A stretch of DNA of 64,000 bases, from assembly GCA_041640595.1 (NCBI GenBank), contig JBEPZY010000001.1:480001-544000 (forward strand), given 5' to 3'. Below the pieces are notes generated by a model. That model saw nothing but the letters and a program-made list of their open reading frames with translations, had not been told where the DNA came from and searched no databases. This document shows positions 1 to 9,893 of the stretch, one piece after another; the stretch's first letter is position 1; every line of letters starts with the position of its first letter. Made by a program: the position numbers and the translations under genes. This DNA comes from Gemmatales bacterium. Its GTDB lineage: Bacteria; Planctomycetota; Planctomycetia; Gemmatales; HRBIN36.

Positions 1-211
1 GTGCTTGAACACACCGGGCTGGACATCTGGGAGGGAAATGGCGGACAATTTTCGGCAGCGGTTACCGCGACCGGCCAATTGTCGAGAGCTTTCTACCCTG
101 GCGACAACTGTTTTCCTGCTGGTCGGCACGGCGGTCTTTCCGTAGCCTATGGCCTGGAAGCAAAGTTACGGTAACCGACTTTCACCGCAAACCGCGAAGG
201 AGAGACCTGCC

Positions 212-2041
212 ATGGCGAGAAGTTTCGCTAGTCCTATCGGCTTACTGGTGATAGTCCTGGCTCTCGGTGCCTCGATCCTGGTGAAGCTGGCGCCTGTGGG
301 AGCTGAAGCAACCGCCGGTGGAAACGCCCCCAACTTGCAGGAAGAAACACGGACTCCTACCGAGGTAGTACGCCTCTTCAACGGTAAAGATTTGAGCAAC
401 TGGGAGACCTGGTTGCGCAAAACCGGCCGCCAGGATCCCCAGCGGGTCTTCCGCGTTACCGACGGGTTGTTGCACATTACGGGTGAGGACCACGGTTACA
501 TCGCCACTCCCCAATCCTGGAAGGATTACCACCTGGTGGTGGAGTTCAAATGGGGCAAGGAGACTTTTGGTAGTAAGTATGTCCGCAATTCGGGAATCCT
601 GTTGCATGCTCGCGGTCCGCACGGCAATGCAGGCGGTGTTTGGATGGCCTCCATTGAGTGTCAGCTGGCCCAGGGATGCGTCGGCGACCTCATTGCCATT
701 TCCGGGAAGGATGAACATGGGAAACCGCTGCCCGTCGAATTTACCAGCGAAGTGGTACTCGGCCCCGATAAAAGGCCCCGCTGGAAGCCTGGCGGCGAGA
801 AACGCACTTTCACTCGGGGACAACTCTGGTGGAATCAGCACGACCCCGAATTCAAGGAGTTGATTGATACCCGAGGGCGGTTTGATGTCGAGAGTCCGTT
901 GGGGGAATGGACGCGCGTGGAATGTATTTGCCGCGGTGACACCATCACCATCCGTGTCAACGGGCACACCGTGAACCACTGTTTCCAGGCCAAGCCGAGC
1001 GCGGGCAGGATTCTGCTTCAATCGGAAGGATTCGAGATGTTCTTCCGTCGCGTAGAATTGCGGCCACTGGAAAAGAACTCGAAGGGAGATTTCGGTGCCA
1101 ACCGCGCCGACGAACCGCTAGCCGGTCGTTTATCGCTGGAACAGGCGGCGGCATTTCTGGACAATGTCAGTCTGCAATGGACCCAGCAACGTCAGTGCGG
1201 CACCTGCCACACCAACTACCCGTATTTGCTTGCCCGCCCGCATGTGCGCGTGGGTAGCCGAGACGCCGAAGAGCAGGTTCGTCGCTTCTTCGAGCAACGC
1301 GTGGCCAATTGGGATAGCCCCGAACCGGGACGCAAGCCACGCTGGGACACGGAAGTGGTAGCGACGGCGGCGTTCCTGGCCATGCATGATGCTTTGACCA
1401 CAGGCAAACTTCATCCGCTTACCCGTCAGGCCCTGGATCGGATGTGGACATTGCAGAAACCGGAAGGGCATTGGAACTGGCTCAAATGTGACTGGCCCCC
1501 TGCGGAACATGACGATTATTATGGCGTCATCATCGCGCTCATCGGCGTGGGAATGGCTCCGGAGAATTACCGCGACACGCCGCAAGCCCAAGCGGGCATT
1601 GCTCGCGCGAAGCAATGGTTAGTGAAGAATCCGCCTGCCAGCCTGCATCATCGCGGCATGTTGCTGTGGGCATCGGCGTATTTCCCGGAATTGCTTTCGC
1701 CCGCAGAAAAACAGCAGATCATTGCCGACCTGAAAAGTGCACAGAATGCCGATGGTGGCTGGGCCTTGCCGAAATTAGGGGAATGGCTGGCACGCGGTAA
1801 ACGGCGAATTCCGCTGGAAGGACCAAGCGACGGTTACGCAACCGGTTTCGTCGTTTACGTGTTGCGTCAGGCAGGCGTATCCAGGGAGGATGCGGCGATT
1901 CAGCGAGGTCTGGCCTGGTTACGCAGCAATCAACGCGAGTCGGGCCGCTGGTTTACCCGTTCGCTGAACACGGACAACTACCACTTCGTTACGCACATGG
2001 GTACCTGTTTCGCCGTGCTGGCTATCACCAGCTGCCAGTAA
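212..2041 (+). CDS. Secreted DUF1080 (3-keto-disaccharide hydrolase-like) domain fused to a prenyltransferase/squalene-cyclase-like alpha-barrel domain
   Basis: Signal-like N-terminus; LFNGKDLSNW, NSGI and GRILLQSEG motifs (DUF1080); C-terminal QW-type repeats (LQKPEGHW, AQNADGGW, NQRESGRW); AAGGAG before ATG at 212. Confidence 0.8.
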   Translation: MARSFASPIGLLVIVLALGASILVKLAPVGAEATAGGNAPNLQEETRTPTEVVRLFNGKDLSNWETWLRKTGRQDPQRVFRVTDGLLHITGEDHGYIATPQSWKDYHLVVEFKWGKETFGSKYVRNSGILLHARGPHGNAGGVWMASIECQLAQGCVGDLIAISGKDEHGKPLPVEFTSEVVLGPDKRPRWKPGGEKRTFTRGQLWWNQHDPEFKELIDTRGRFDVESPLGEWTRVECICRGDTITIRVNGHTVNHCFQAKPSAGRILLQSEGFEMFFRRVELRPLEKNSKGDFGANRADEPLAGRLSLEQAAAFLDNVSLQWTQQRQCGTCHTNYPYLLARPHVRVGSRDAEEQVRRFFEQRVANWDSPEPGRKPRWDTEVVATAAFLAMHDALTTGKLHPLTRQALDRMWTLQKPEGHWNWLKCDWPPAEHDDYYGVIIALIGVGMAPENYRDTPQAQAGIARAKQWLVKNPPASLHHRGMLLWASAYFPELLSPAEKQQIIADLKSAQNADGGWALPKLGEWLARGKRRIPLEGPSDGYATGFVVYVLRQAGVSREDAAIQRGLAWLRSNQRESGRWFTRSLNTDNYHFVTHMGTCFAVLAITSCQ

Positions 2042-3556
2042 CTACCGGACTCGTACCTGGAAGGAAATGATCCCCTGTGCCGCCGGAGGAAGTGGGTCGC
2101 GGATTTCCCAGCGCAACACCTGACCGCCCGCGGCGTTTTCTTGCAGCACAAAAATAGCTTCGCGGTCAGAACGAGCCGAGCCGGCCACATATTCCAGCCG
2201 CGGCGACAGACTATCCACGATGGCAACATCACGGAGGGGCTTGCCGCTGGCATTGCAGTAGCGGAGATAGAAGGTTACGATTTCACCGCTGCGGGCTGCC
2301 TGTGTGGATGACCATTTTTGCAGGCGAAGCGGCTGGCGTTGCGGATCGTCGCAAGGGTCGCATTGCAGGTGCGTAACCGACTCGGTCGTCAGTGGTACGC
2401 TCACAGCCTGGGCTTTCGGGATATCCAGCCTGGTGGCGGCAAGTTCCTGACTGGCGACCACACGCAGGCTCGGAATCTGACTCAGGTTCGCCCGCAACCC
2501 TGACTGACTCTGCAAGCGCTCCACTTCCGTTCGCGCACGTGTGTCGTTGGTAGTTTGGCGCTGTCCGATTATTTCCCGCCCGATCGGCGATGATACGGGG
2601 CGAAGGGAAAGCTCACTGCGTACCCGACCCAGACCATGAACCTGGTAAAAGGTCAGGAATCGAGGAGCCAGAAGGTACACCGGATTGGCGACGGCGATTT
2701 TGCGACGGCCTGCACTGTCGGCGAATTCGGCTACCGCATCCCCAGGTTCGATGCCACCCAGTTGCCCTTCCGGAGTGCGATGGGCAGGTTCGCCGCCGTC
2801 ACCACCATCCCGAATCGAGCCGGCAGGGGCATTCCTCGCTGGCGTGTGAACCGATGGGCTGTGCCAGTCCGGTACGAGTGAAGGCTGACGTGACCGTCGC
2901 GCTCGGGCATACGAACCTGGCGTCAAAGGCTGAGGAGGTTGCGACCATTCCTGCGGTTCGAGCTGACGATTGCCCAACCGCAGAATTATCAGAGGCTGGC
3001 CGAATCGCTCGGCTTCCCGAATCAGATCGCCGGAAGCCGGCACCTCATTCTCCTCATCGGGCAATCGAAACGAGGCCGGCGTCGCTCGTGTAGCGCTCAC
3101 CGTGGAAGGGTCATACTCCGCAACCACTACTTTGGTGATCAGTTTGCCATCCTGCAGTCGCAGCAGATCGTCGTCGGTGATCGTCAACGGCACGGGCAAA
3201 TCCCACGCTTTCAGCCGGGACGGGAGTGGCAAAGTATCAACTACTTCGAGCAGAGGGTAATACGTCTCTCGTTCGCCTGGGGGGCCCTGTAAACGGAGCC
3301 AGTACCCATAACCCGGTTTCAGCCCGACTGTGTTAGGAGTTTTTGACGCAGCGGTCGCTTCTGGTTTGCTGAGGAAAGTCAGCGTATAGCCGGTGGGCAC
3401 TTTGAGCTGCACATAGAGCAAAGGGGCGCGCGGGGCCGGAGATTCTGAGGTTGCCAGCACATTGGCCCAGAAAACTAACGCTGTTGCAAGGGTCAGCAGT
3501 CTGGCATACCAATTGCCCCCGGACGACCGGAGTTGCCCACGACGCAAGAGCAGCAT
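2042..3556 (-). CDS. Planctomycete-type exported protein with C-terminal DUF11 domain
   Basis: C-terminal 'GEIVTFYLRYCN...DVAIVDSLSPRLEYVAGS' is DUF11-like; N-terminal hydrophobic segment. Confidence 0.7.
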   Translation of the reverse strand: MLLLRRGQLRSSGGNWYARLLTLATALVFWANVLATSESPAPRAPLLYVQLKVPTGYTLTFLSKPEATAASKTPNTVGLKPGYGYWLRLQGPPGERETYYPLLEVVDTLPLPSRLKAWDLPVPLTITDDDLLRLQDGKLITKVVVAEYDPSTVSATRATPASFRLPDEENEVPASGDLIREAERFGQPLIILRLGNRQLEPQEWSQPPQPLTPGSYARARRSRQPSLVPDWHSPSVHTPARNAPAGSIRDGGDGGEPAHRTPEGQLGGIEPGDAVAEFADSAGRRKIAVANPVYLLAPRFLTFYQVHGLGRVRSELSLRPVSSPIGREIIGQRQTTNDTRARTEVERLQSQSGLRANLSQIPSLRVVASQELAATRLDIPKAQAVSVPLTTESVTHLQCDPCDDPQRQPLRLQKWSSTQAARSGEIVTFYLRYCNASGKPLRDVAIVDSLSPRLEYVAGSARSDREAIFVLQENAAGGQVLRWEIRDPLPPAAQGIISFQVRVR

Positions 3557-3602
3557 GGTTCTTCCTCACAGTTGCCTGGGAAGAAGCAGGAGTGTGCGGT
3601 GA

Positions 3603-5012
3603 TCAGGGCAGGATGCTGTCCAGCAGACCTCGCCGGGATTTGCGGGTGTTGCCGGAGTTGTTGCTGCTGGAGTCGCTGTTTGCACTGCCGGCAATGTTAC
3701 CATATTCCCGCGGCACATACGTCATGGGATATGGAGGGGGAGAAGCGGGCGGTACTGCCACAGGGCGTGCATTGCCTTTGCTGTCAAGCTGATAAGCCAC
3801 GGGTTGGATTCCGGAGTTAGCGGGTTTGGAGCCCTGCTCGGCAGGCAATTCCGGCAAGAGGTTCGAACGATTCGGATTGGCCGGGACAATGGGTCCGGGC
3901 GGCCCTTGAGTGGGTGGATTGAATCGCGGTACCGGCGCGGATAGGGGCGGTGTGGACGGTTTGCCAGCGGGAACAGGTGCCACGACGCCTGGCGGCAACG
4001 GTGGGGCAGGGAGTTGTGGTGGACCGTAGGGGCCTGGATTGTCCAGAGGTGGGCTGTTCGGCGTCTCCAGCTGAATTCCACCCATGCGCACGATCAGCAA
4101 AATATGCCCGCGCTTATACGCTTCCGCTACCGGGTCCTGTCCGGGCTCCAATCGCGTCGAGGTAAGTTCCTCCGGAGCAGCTCCCAGAGGGCTCTGGAAT
4201 CGCGGATCGGGAAGATAAATGACCTTGGTGATGAAGTTGCCGTTCAACACCTGGTCGAAGTCCTCTTCCGTGAATTCAACAGGAATGGCGTTGTGTGCCA
4301 GGAAGGCTTCCGTCTTGGGATTACTGGGCACGACTTCAAGAGTCGGATACAGCTCTACGCCGGGACGGCCGGGAATGTTGTAAAGTTTGATGCGGTAAAT
4401 CGCACCCTGGACGAAATTGTAACGGCCAGGGATATCGAGAGTGTAGGGAACGAGCACAGGTTTACCGTCCTTATCCTGCACCGGTGCCTGAGCATACCAG
4501 CCAATTTTTGCGGCTTTCGGGGCGGTGAAATGAACCTGCGACCGGCGGATCGCAAACGGAGGCTGGGCGTGAGTCATCGCCCCTGGGGCAAAAACCTGGC
4601 CCTGCGGCACCATCATACTGGGAATGGGTGGGATGGCCCCCGGCACCACGCTAGCCGTGCCCGTACCCGGTAACCCAGCCGGCATTCCCGGAACGGGTGG
4701 CATACCAGGAACCGCTGGCGCTCCGGTGGGTATCCCCATCAATCCTGCACTCACCGAACCCGGGTTGGGCGTGTAACTGGCTTGCTGAATCGGGAACGGA
4801 TGCGGAATTTCGGGGCCTAAACCGTTCTGCGCACCGGGAGCGTGTGGCCCGACTGGTGGCAACATGGTGACCGGCTCCCCCCAGGGGCCTACTGCTCCGC
4901 GTAACACCGGCGGCATCGGTGGGCCACAGCTGATTGGCCCGCGTACCATATCCGGGCCCTGACATCCCAGCAGGCTTACCGCGGCGGCAACGAGTACCAC
5001 CATTCGTCGCAT
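3603..5012 (-). CDS. Pro-rich putative lipoprotein; core domain similar to the neighbouring DUF11 protein
   Basis: Lipobox-like MRRMVVLVAAAVSLLGC; GGAAAGGAAG upstream of ATG 5012; core 'YRIKL..IPGRPGVELYPTLEV...FTEEDF...ITKVIYL'. Confidence 0.7.
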   Translation of the reverse strand: MRRMVVLVAAAVSLLGCQGPDMVRGPISCGPPMPPVLRGAVGPWGEPVTMLPPVGPHAPGAQNGLGPEIPHPFPIQQASYTPNPGSVSAGLMGIPTGAPAVPGMPPVPGMPAGLPGTGTASVVPGAIPPIPSMMVPQGQVFAPGAMTHAQPPFAIRRSQVHFTAPKAAKIGWYAQAPVQDKDGKPVLVPYTLDIPGRYNFVQGAIYRIKLYNIPGRPGVELYPTLEVVPSNPKTEAFLAHNAIPVEFTEEDFDQVLNGNFITKVIYLPDPRFQSPLGAAPEELTSTRLEPGQDPVAEAYKRGHILLIVRMGGIQLETPNSPPLDNPGPYGPPQLPAPPLPPGVVAPVPAGKPSTPPLSAPVPRFNPPTQGPPGPIVPANPNRSNLLPELPAEQGSKPANSGIQPVAYQLDSKGNARPVAVPPASPPPYPMTYVPREYGNIAGSANSDSSSNNSGNTRKSRRGLLDSILP

Positions 5013-5084
5013 AGGTCGCTTCCTTTCCCTTTCAGCCTGGACGGGAGGATACACGACGGAGATTCTTCGGAATATATTTCGGCA

Positions 5085-6008
5085 ATGATGAGGCGATTCT
5101 TTCGTCAAACTGGCTATTTTCGGCAGAATCGGTACAAACCGCTGGTCGCGCTTGCGGTGTTTACCCTGGGATCCGTCGCTGGAATACTCGCCCAGAATCA
5201 GCCTGGAAGTGCCGCTTCGGTCGAAGGTAAGGCTCTTTTGGAAAAAGCCCTCAGGCACCTGCCGCAAGCAGAATTCTGGCGGGCGGAGTTTCGCCAGCAC
5301 TGGTTGCAGGGCGGGATTGTTGCTGAAACCGTCGGCAGTTACTGGGTTGGTCCCAAACGCCGTTCCAGACTGGAAATCCGTGCCCGTGTAGGTGACGTTC
5401 AGGCCGAACTTTTCATTTACTGCGACGGTCAGACTGTCTGGCGGCGTGAACGTATCGGCCAGGCTGAACCGCGGTTAGAACGGTTTACCGTTGAGGAGCT
5501 GGAACAGGCTATCCGCCAGGCGAACTTACCTGAAAACGAAGCGGCTCAGGTCCGCGAGGCCATCTGGGCGGAACTGGGTTATCTCAGCTTGCGAGGCCGA
5601 TTGCGGGAACTAGCAAACCGCCTTCAGTGGGGAACACCGCAAGCCAGTCAATTACCTGATGGGAGACATGCCTGGCTGCTGGAGGGAACCTGGAATGAAA
5701 AAACCTTGCACGATGCGTTTCGCGGTCAATTACCGCAGGCGCCTGACGTTCCCCGGCGGTGTCGGGTGTTTCTGTTGCGGCAGGATTGCTGGTGGGGCGG
5801 CGATTCGCTCTGGCCAGCACGCATCGAATGGCTCGGTGTTCCACGCGGTGAAAAAGACGAAAAGACACTGGTTGTAATCGAGTGGCATTTGCCCCAGCGT
5901 CTGGACGGGGAAGAATTCCGATCGCCCTTTTCGCCCCAGGAAATGCAGAACGCCACCAGTGCCAATACCGAGGCACTGGTCAAGGAAATGGTGCAACGGT
6001 TGCGTTGA
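5085..6008 (+). CDS. Hypothetical exported protein, possibly LolA-like fold
   Basis: 307-aa ORF with signal-like segment and 'RSRLEI...IYCDGQTVW' pattern. Confidence 0.5.
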   Translation: MMRRFFRQTGYFRQNRYKPLVALAVFTLGSVAGILAQNQPGSAASVEGKALLEKALRHLPQAEFWRAEFRQHWLQGGIVAETVGSYWVGPKRRSRLEIRARVGDVQAELFIYCDGQTVWRRERIGQAEPRLERFTVEELEQAIRQANLPENEAAQVREAIWAELGYLSLRGRLRELANRLQWGTPQASQLPDGRHAWLLEGTWNEKTLHDAFRGQLPQAPDVPRRCRVFLLRQDCWWGGDSLWPARIEWLGVPRGEKDEKTLVVIEWHLPQRLDGEEFRSPFSPQEMQNATSANTEALVKEMVQRLR

Positions 6009-6017
6009 TGGCTTACT

Positions 6018-7643
6018 TTAGCGCGGGCTGATCCGCAAGGCGTGAAGTCGGCGCTCCAGTTTTTCCTGTTGCTCTTTCACTTGCGGACTCGGGCCGAATT
6101 TGTCGAGCTGTTGGCGGGCACGTTTCGCCCAGAGTTCGGCTTGCTGGAGCCAGTGACGGCGCTGAGTTTGTTGCTTGGATTGGTCGGCCAGGGCAAGCTG
6201 GATCGCCAGATACGCTAGCTCTTGACAGGTTTCCACGTCGATCGTGTCGCTGAAGGTGGTGGCGATTTTTTCGGCGGATTGATAGATTTGCTCGCCCGCC
6301 TGCTGCCACCACTCAGGCAAAACGGAAAATCGTGTTTGAATCTGGCGCACAACGCTGGCGGATTCCCCCAGGGCACGCCAGGCATGCAAGGCTCGATGCG
6401 GCGGAAACGAGCTGGCCTGTTGCACCAATCGGACCGCGGACTCTGCCAGGTTACGCAGCCGGTTTTGGGCTTCTGCATCCGCGGTACTTGCGGTTTTACC
6501 AAGGTTTTGCAGCGCCAGCCGATACAGCCCGAAGACTCCTTCGATGTCCATCGGTGAAAGCTCAGCCAGGGTTTTTTCAGCACGTTGTCCTAAGGCTCCC
6601 GGCAACCCCGTCGTAGCGTCGAAAAGCAAGTGCTCGAGCAGACCCCGGTATTTTTCGGACTCGGAAGGGTCGCGCGGTGCTTGCCGGCGATAACTTTCTG
6701 CCAGCCATTGCCAGACCTGCGCTCGCAGATACACCGAACGGAAACGCAGAGGTTGCTCGATGCTTTCGAGTTTCTGCAACCATTGCAGCGACTCGAGCAT
6801 GGGGGAACGTTGCTTGTTTTCGGCGGGCGGCAACCGAAAGCCATCGCCGCTCGGTTCCGGCTGATGATAACCATACAGAGCCAGCACAAAGTAGGCACGC
6901 GCTAACAAATTTAGATCGGTGGCGTTGCCGGCTGCTACTGTATCCGCTAACTGTCGCAGGTGTTGCCAGTTCCAGTTGTCAAAAGGTTCATTCATGCGGT
7001 GCTTCAAGGCTTCCCGCAACACCGGGAGATTGTCCGGCCAGTAATGACTGGCACGGTACAGACAAACCAGCGCTTCCCTTCGGCTGGCGGCATCGGGAAT
7101 CATGAAAAGTTCCAGTACATCCTCCTTGTCAGCCTCTGGTAACCCCGCGGGTGGAGAACTCTGTTTTTCAGCAGCCTGGCTCTCCAACTGCACGGCCGCA
7201 ATACCGAACAAAGCACGTGCCCGCAGCCAGTATGCCTGTCCCAGAAGGCGTTTTTCCTGTTCCGTGAGAGATCGCTGGTTTTGTGCATTCTCGAGGGTGG
7301 TGATCACCGTTTCGGTGGCGCGTGCGGCCTGAGCAAATCGCGCGGCTGCCTGGTTCCAATTGCGATCTCGGCGAGCAAGCAATCCAGCCCGCCAGCTGGC
7401 TTCTGCGTTGTGCAGTCGCTGGGCAAGTGAGGGAAAAAACGTTTGCCAGGCGTATATGCCGCCCAGCACCAGCAGCAACACTACAGCCAGCACGGTAGCC
7501 CACCGACGCAGCGGCCAGCGATGGACTGTCCCTGCCAGCTTCACTTCCTCTGACGGTTGCGCTGGGGCTGAGCGTTGCGACGATTCTGAAGGTGCCGAAT
7601 CAGAACCCGGAGAATCTGGCTGGAAAATTTCCTCTTCGGCCAT
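6018..7643 (-). CDS. Hypothetical membrane-anchored alpha-helical (TPR-like) protein
   Basis: 541-aa ORF, one TM helix (WATVLAVVLLLVLGGIYAW), helical A/L/Q/E-rich remainder. Confidence 0.6.
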   Translation of the reverse strand: MAEEEIFQPDSPGSDSAPSESSQRSAPAQPSEEVKLAGTVHRWPLRRWATVLAVVLLLVLGGIYAWQTFFPSLAQRLHNAEASWRAGLLARRDRNWNQAAARFAQAARATETVITTLENAQNQRSLTEQEKRLLGQAYWLRARALFGIAAVQLESQAAEKQSSPPAGLPEADKEDVLELFMIPDAASRREALVCLYRASHYWPDNLPVLREALKHRMNEPFDNWNWQHLRQLADTVAAGNATDLNLLARAYFVLALYGYHQPEPSGDGFRLPPAENKQRSPMLESLQWLQKLESIEQPLRFRSVYLRAQVWQWLAESYRRQAPRDPSESEKYRGLLEHLLFDATTGLPGALGQRAEKTLAELSPMDIEGVFGLYRLALQNLGKTASTADAEAQNRLRNLAESAVRLVQQASSFPPHRALHAWRALGESASVVRQIQTRFSVLPEWWQQAGEQIYQSAEKIATTFSDTIDVETCQELAYLAIQLALADQSKQQTQRRHWLQQAELWAKRARQQLDKFGPSPQVKEQQEKLERRLHALRISPR

Positions 7644-7829
7644 TGCTTTCCTCAGACTTGCCTGTGATGTTGCTTCTGCGACAACTATAGGCCATGAATG
7701 TATTTCAGGACAGGCTCGAATCCATCATCGAGCGATGACCTGGAAGCGTGGACTTTTGTTACCGTACCGACACTCCTGCTTTTCCTACAATGATTTGGAT
7801 TTGTCGGAAGACACCGGTAAGGAGTGACT

Positions 7830-8777
7830 ATGCGAGTGCTTCTGGCGGAGCCGCGCGGATTTTGTGCCGGCGTGGTAATGGCCATTGAAAGTCTGGAACG
7901 GGCGCTGGAACTATTCGGCGCACCCGTTTACGTGTACCACGAGATCGTTCACAACCAGGTGGTGGTCGAGCGGTTCCGGCAGCGAGGCGTTGTTTTCGTC
8001 AATGACCTTGCTGACGTACCGGAAGGAAGTGTGGTGCTTTATAGTGCCCACGGAGTTGCACCGGAGGTGCGTCAGACCGCGGCCCGTCGTCGTCTGCGAG
8101 CCATTGATGCTACCTGTCCCTTGGTCACCAAGGTTCATCTGGAAGCCCAGCGTTTCGCCCGTGAAGGTTATACCATCTTCCTCATCGGTCATGCCGGACA
8201 CGACGAAGTTGTAGGCACCACTGGCGAAGCGCCGCACGCGATCCGGCTGGTGGAAAGCGTGGCCGATGTGGAAAAACTTGAGTTGCCTGCTAACGCCAAG
8301 GTGGCGTATCTGACCCAGACGACTCTGAGCGTGGATGAGGCCAACGAAATCGTCGAGGCCCTGCGACGCAAGTTCCCACAAATCGCCGGGCCGAACAAAG
8401 ACGATATCTGCTATGCCACCCAGAACCGGCAGGAAGCGGTCAAAGCTCTGGCGCCACTGGCGGATGTGGTACTGGTCTTCGGCAGTCAGAATAGCTCGAA
8501 CAGCCAGCGCCTTGCAGAAATTGCCCAGGCGTGTGGCAAACCGGCCTATCTCATCAACCACATTGGCGAACTCGATCCCTCGGTGCTCGACGGCGTAGAT
8601 ACGGTTTTGATTACAGCCGGTGCCAGCGCTCCGGAAGACGTGGTTCAGGAAGCGCTTGCCTGGTTCCGGGAACGTTATCAGGCTACCGTGGAAACTCGCA
8701 TTATCCGGGAGGAATTCGTGCAGTTTCCGTTGCCGCGAGAATTGCGTACACCCCCAGCCGAGCCAGTTGCGCTTTAG
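7830..8777 (+). CDS. ispH: 4-hydroxy-3-methylbut-2-enyl diphosphate reductase
   Basis: PRGFCAGV, HEIVHN, SAHG, DATCPLVTKVH, TQTT, ICYATQNRQ, SSNS and TAGASAP motifs. Confidence 0.97.
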   Translation: MRVLLAEPRGFCAGVVMAIESLERALELFGAPVYVYHEIVHNQVVVERFRQRGVVFVNDLADVPEGSVVLYSAHGVAPEVRQTAARRRLRAIDATCPLVTKVHLEAQRFAREGYTIFLIGHAGHDEVVGTTGEAPHAIRLVESVADVEKLELPANAKVAYLTQTTLSVDEANEIVEALRRKFPQIAGPNKDDICYATQNRQEAVKALAPLADVVLVFGSQNSSNSQRLAEIAQACGKPAYLINHIGELDPSVLDGVDTVLITAGASAPEDVVQEALAWFRERYQATVETRIIREEFVQFPLPRELRTPPAEPVAL

Positions 8778-8884
8778 GCATTTGCCAGGCACCCGCCAGC
8801 AAGCATCCCCCATTTATCCCGGCATAGCTGACCACTGCCCCCGATCACAGGGCCGCTAATCCGGCACTCACAGGAGAAAGCGAC

Positions 8885-9679
8885 ATGCGAACCAACGGCG
8901 TCAAACGGAAATTGCGTCAGGGCCAGCCCAGCATTGGCACCTGGCTGTCGTTGGGAAGTATTCTGGCGGCACGATTCATGGCGCGGGCCGGTTTCGATTG
9001 GCTCACTGTGGACATTGAACATACCTGCGTGGATTGGGAAACTGCTACCCACATGTTTGCCGCAATCGCGGAAGCAGGCTGTGTGCCGTTAGGGCGGGTG
9101 CCGATGAATCGCCTCGACCACATCAAGCGTGTTCTGGACAACGGAGCCTACGGTATCGTTGTGCCCATGGTCAACAGCCGCAAGGAAGCCGAAGAAGCAG
9201 TAGCGGCAGCGAAATATCCACCGCAGGGGGTGCGCAGTGTGGGTGGCAACGTGCACGCCCTGAACTTCGACGCCACCGCTGCGGAATATTACGAGCACGC
9301 CAACGAGGAAATCCTCGTTGTGCTCCAGTGCGAACATATCGAAGCGGTACGGCGAGCCGATGAGATTTTTTCTGTGCCGGGCATAGATGCGATTTTTGTT
9401 GGGCCCAACGACCTTGCCTGGTCCATGCGCAGCGCGGATGGCCGACCACCTTCCTCGGAAGCGTTTGAACAGGCGCTGAGCGAAATTCTGGCCGCTTGCC
9501 GACGGCATGGTGTGGCAGCAGGATTGCATTGCATGTCGGTTCGTGAGGCCCAAAGCCGCATCGCTCAGGGTTGGCAATTTGTGGCCATTAGCAGTGAATT
9601 ACGCATGATGCTGGACGGTGCTGCCCTGGCATTGCAGCCTTTCCTGGGCGAACGCCGCTCCGAAGGCGTCAAATATTGA
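8885..9679 (+). CDS. HpcH/HpaI aldolase family protein
   Basis: [35 protein letters not shown] and [10 protein letters not shown] motifs. Confidence 0.92.
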   Translation: MRTNGVKRKLRQGQPSIGTWLSLGSILAARFMARAGFDWLTVDIEHTCVDWETATHMFAAIAEAGCVPLGRVPMNRLDHIKRVLDNGAYGIVVPMVNSRKEAEEAVAAAKYPPQGVRSVGGNVHALNFDATAAEYYEHANEEILVVLQCEHIEAVRRADEIFSVPGIDAIFVGPNDLAWSMRSADGRPPSSEAFEQALSEILAACRRHGVAAGLHCMSVREAQSRIAQGWQFVAISSELRMMLDGAALALQPFLGERRSEGVKY

Positions 9680-9893
9680 AGCCCATTGGCCAGTCATTGG
9701 TAGCTAGCGCTTGGGGGAAAGTAGCAACAAATGGCCAGGGGTCTGGGGCCAGCACACTGGGTTGGCGGTCGGCAGATGGCGGGGCAATCGGTGGCCTTGA
9801 CCAAAAAAGATTCGCAGTGCCAGCCCCTTCCGATTGTTCTGGGCGGCAGGCTCGACGAGTGGTCGTCGGCAAGCAGTGGCAGAGGAAACGACC

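Noticed and set aside
1100..2041. Calling the C-terminal domain a true squalene-hopene cyclase (shc)
   Set aside because: Only one barrel (~300 aa), no canonical DxDD motif, and the protein appears exported
5013..5300. N-terminal extension of ORF 3603..5300 (and similar extensions of the SulP, CA, truB and M20 ORFs)
   Set aside because: Downstream ATGs have clear RBSs and match family N-termini; several of the extensions overlap neighbouring genes
7911..8813. Long antisense ORFs opposite ispH (likewise 37166-38248 opposite the ROK kinase and 242-1021)
   Set aside because: Typical GC-rich shadow frames fully overlapping well-supported genes
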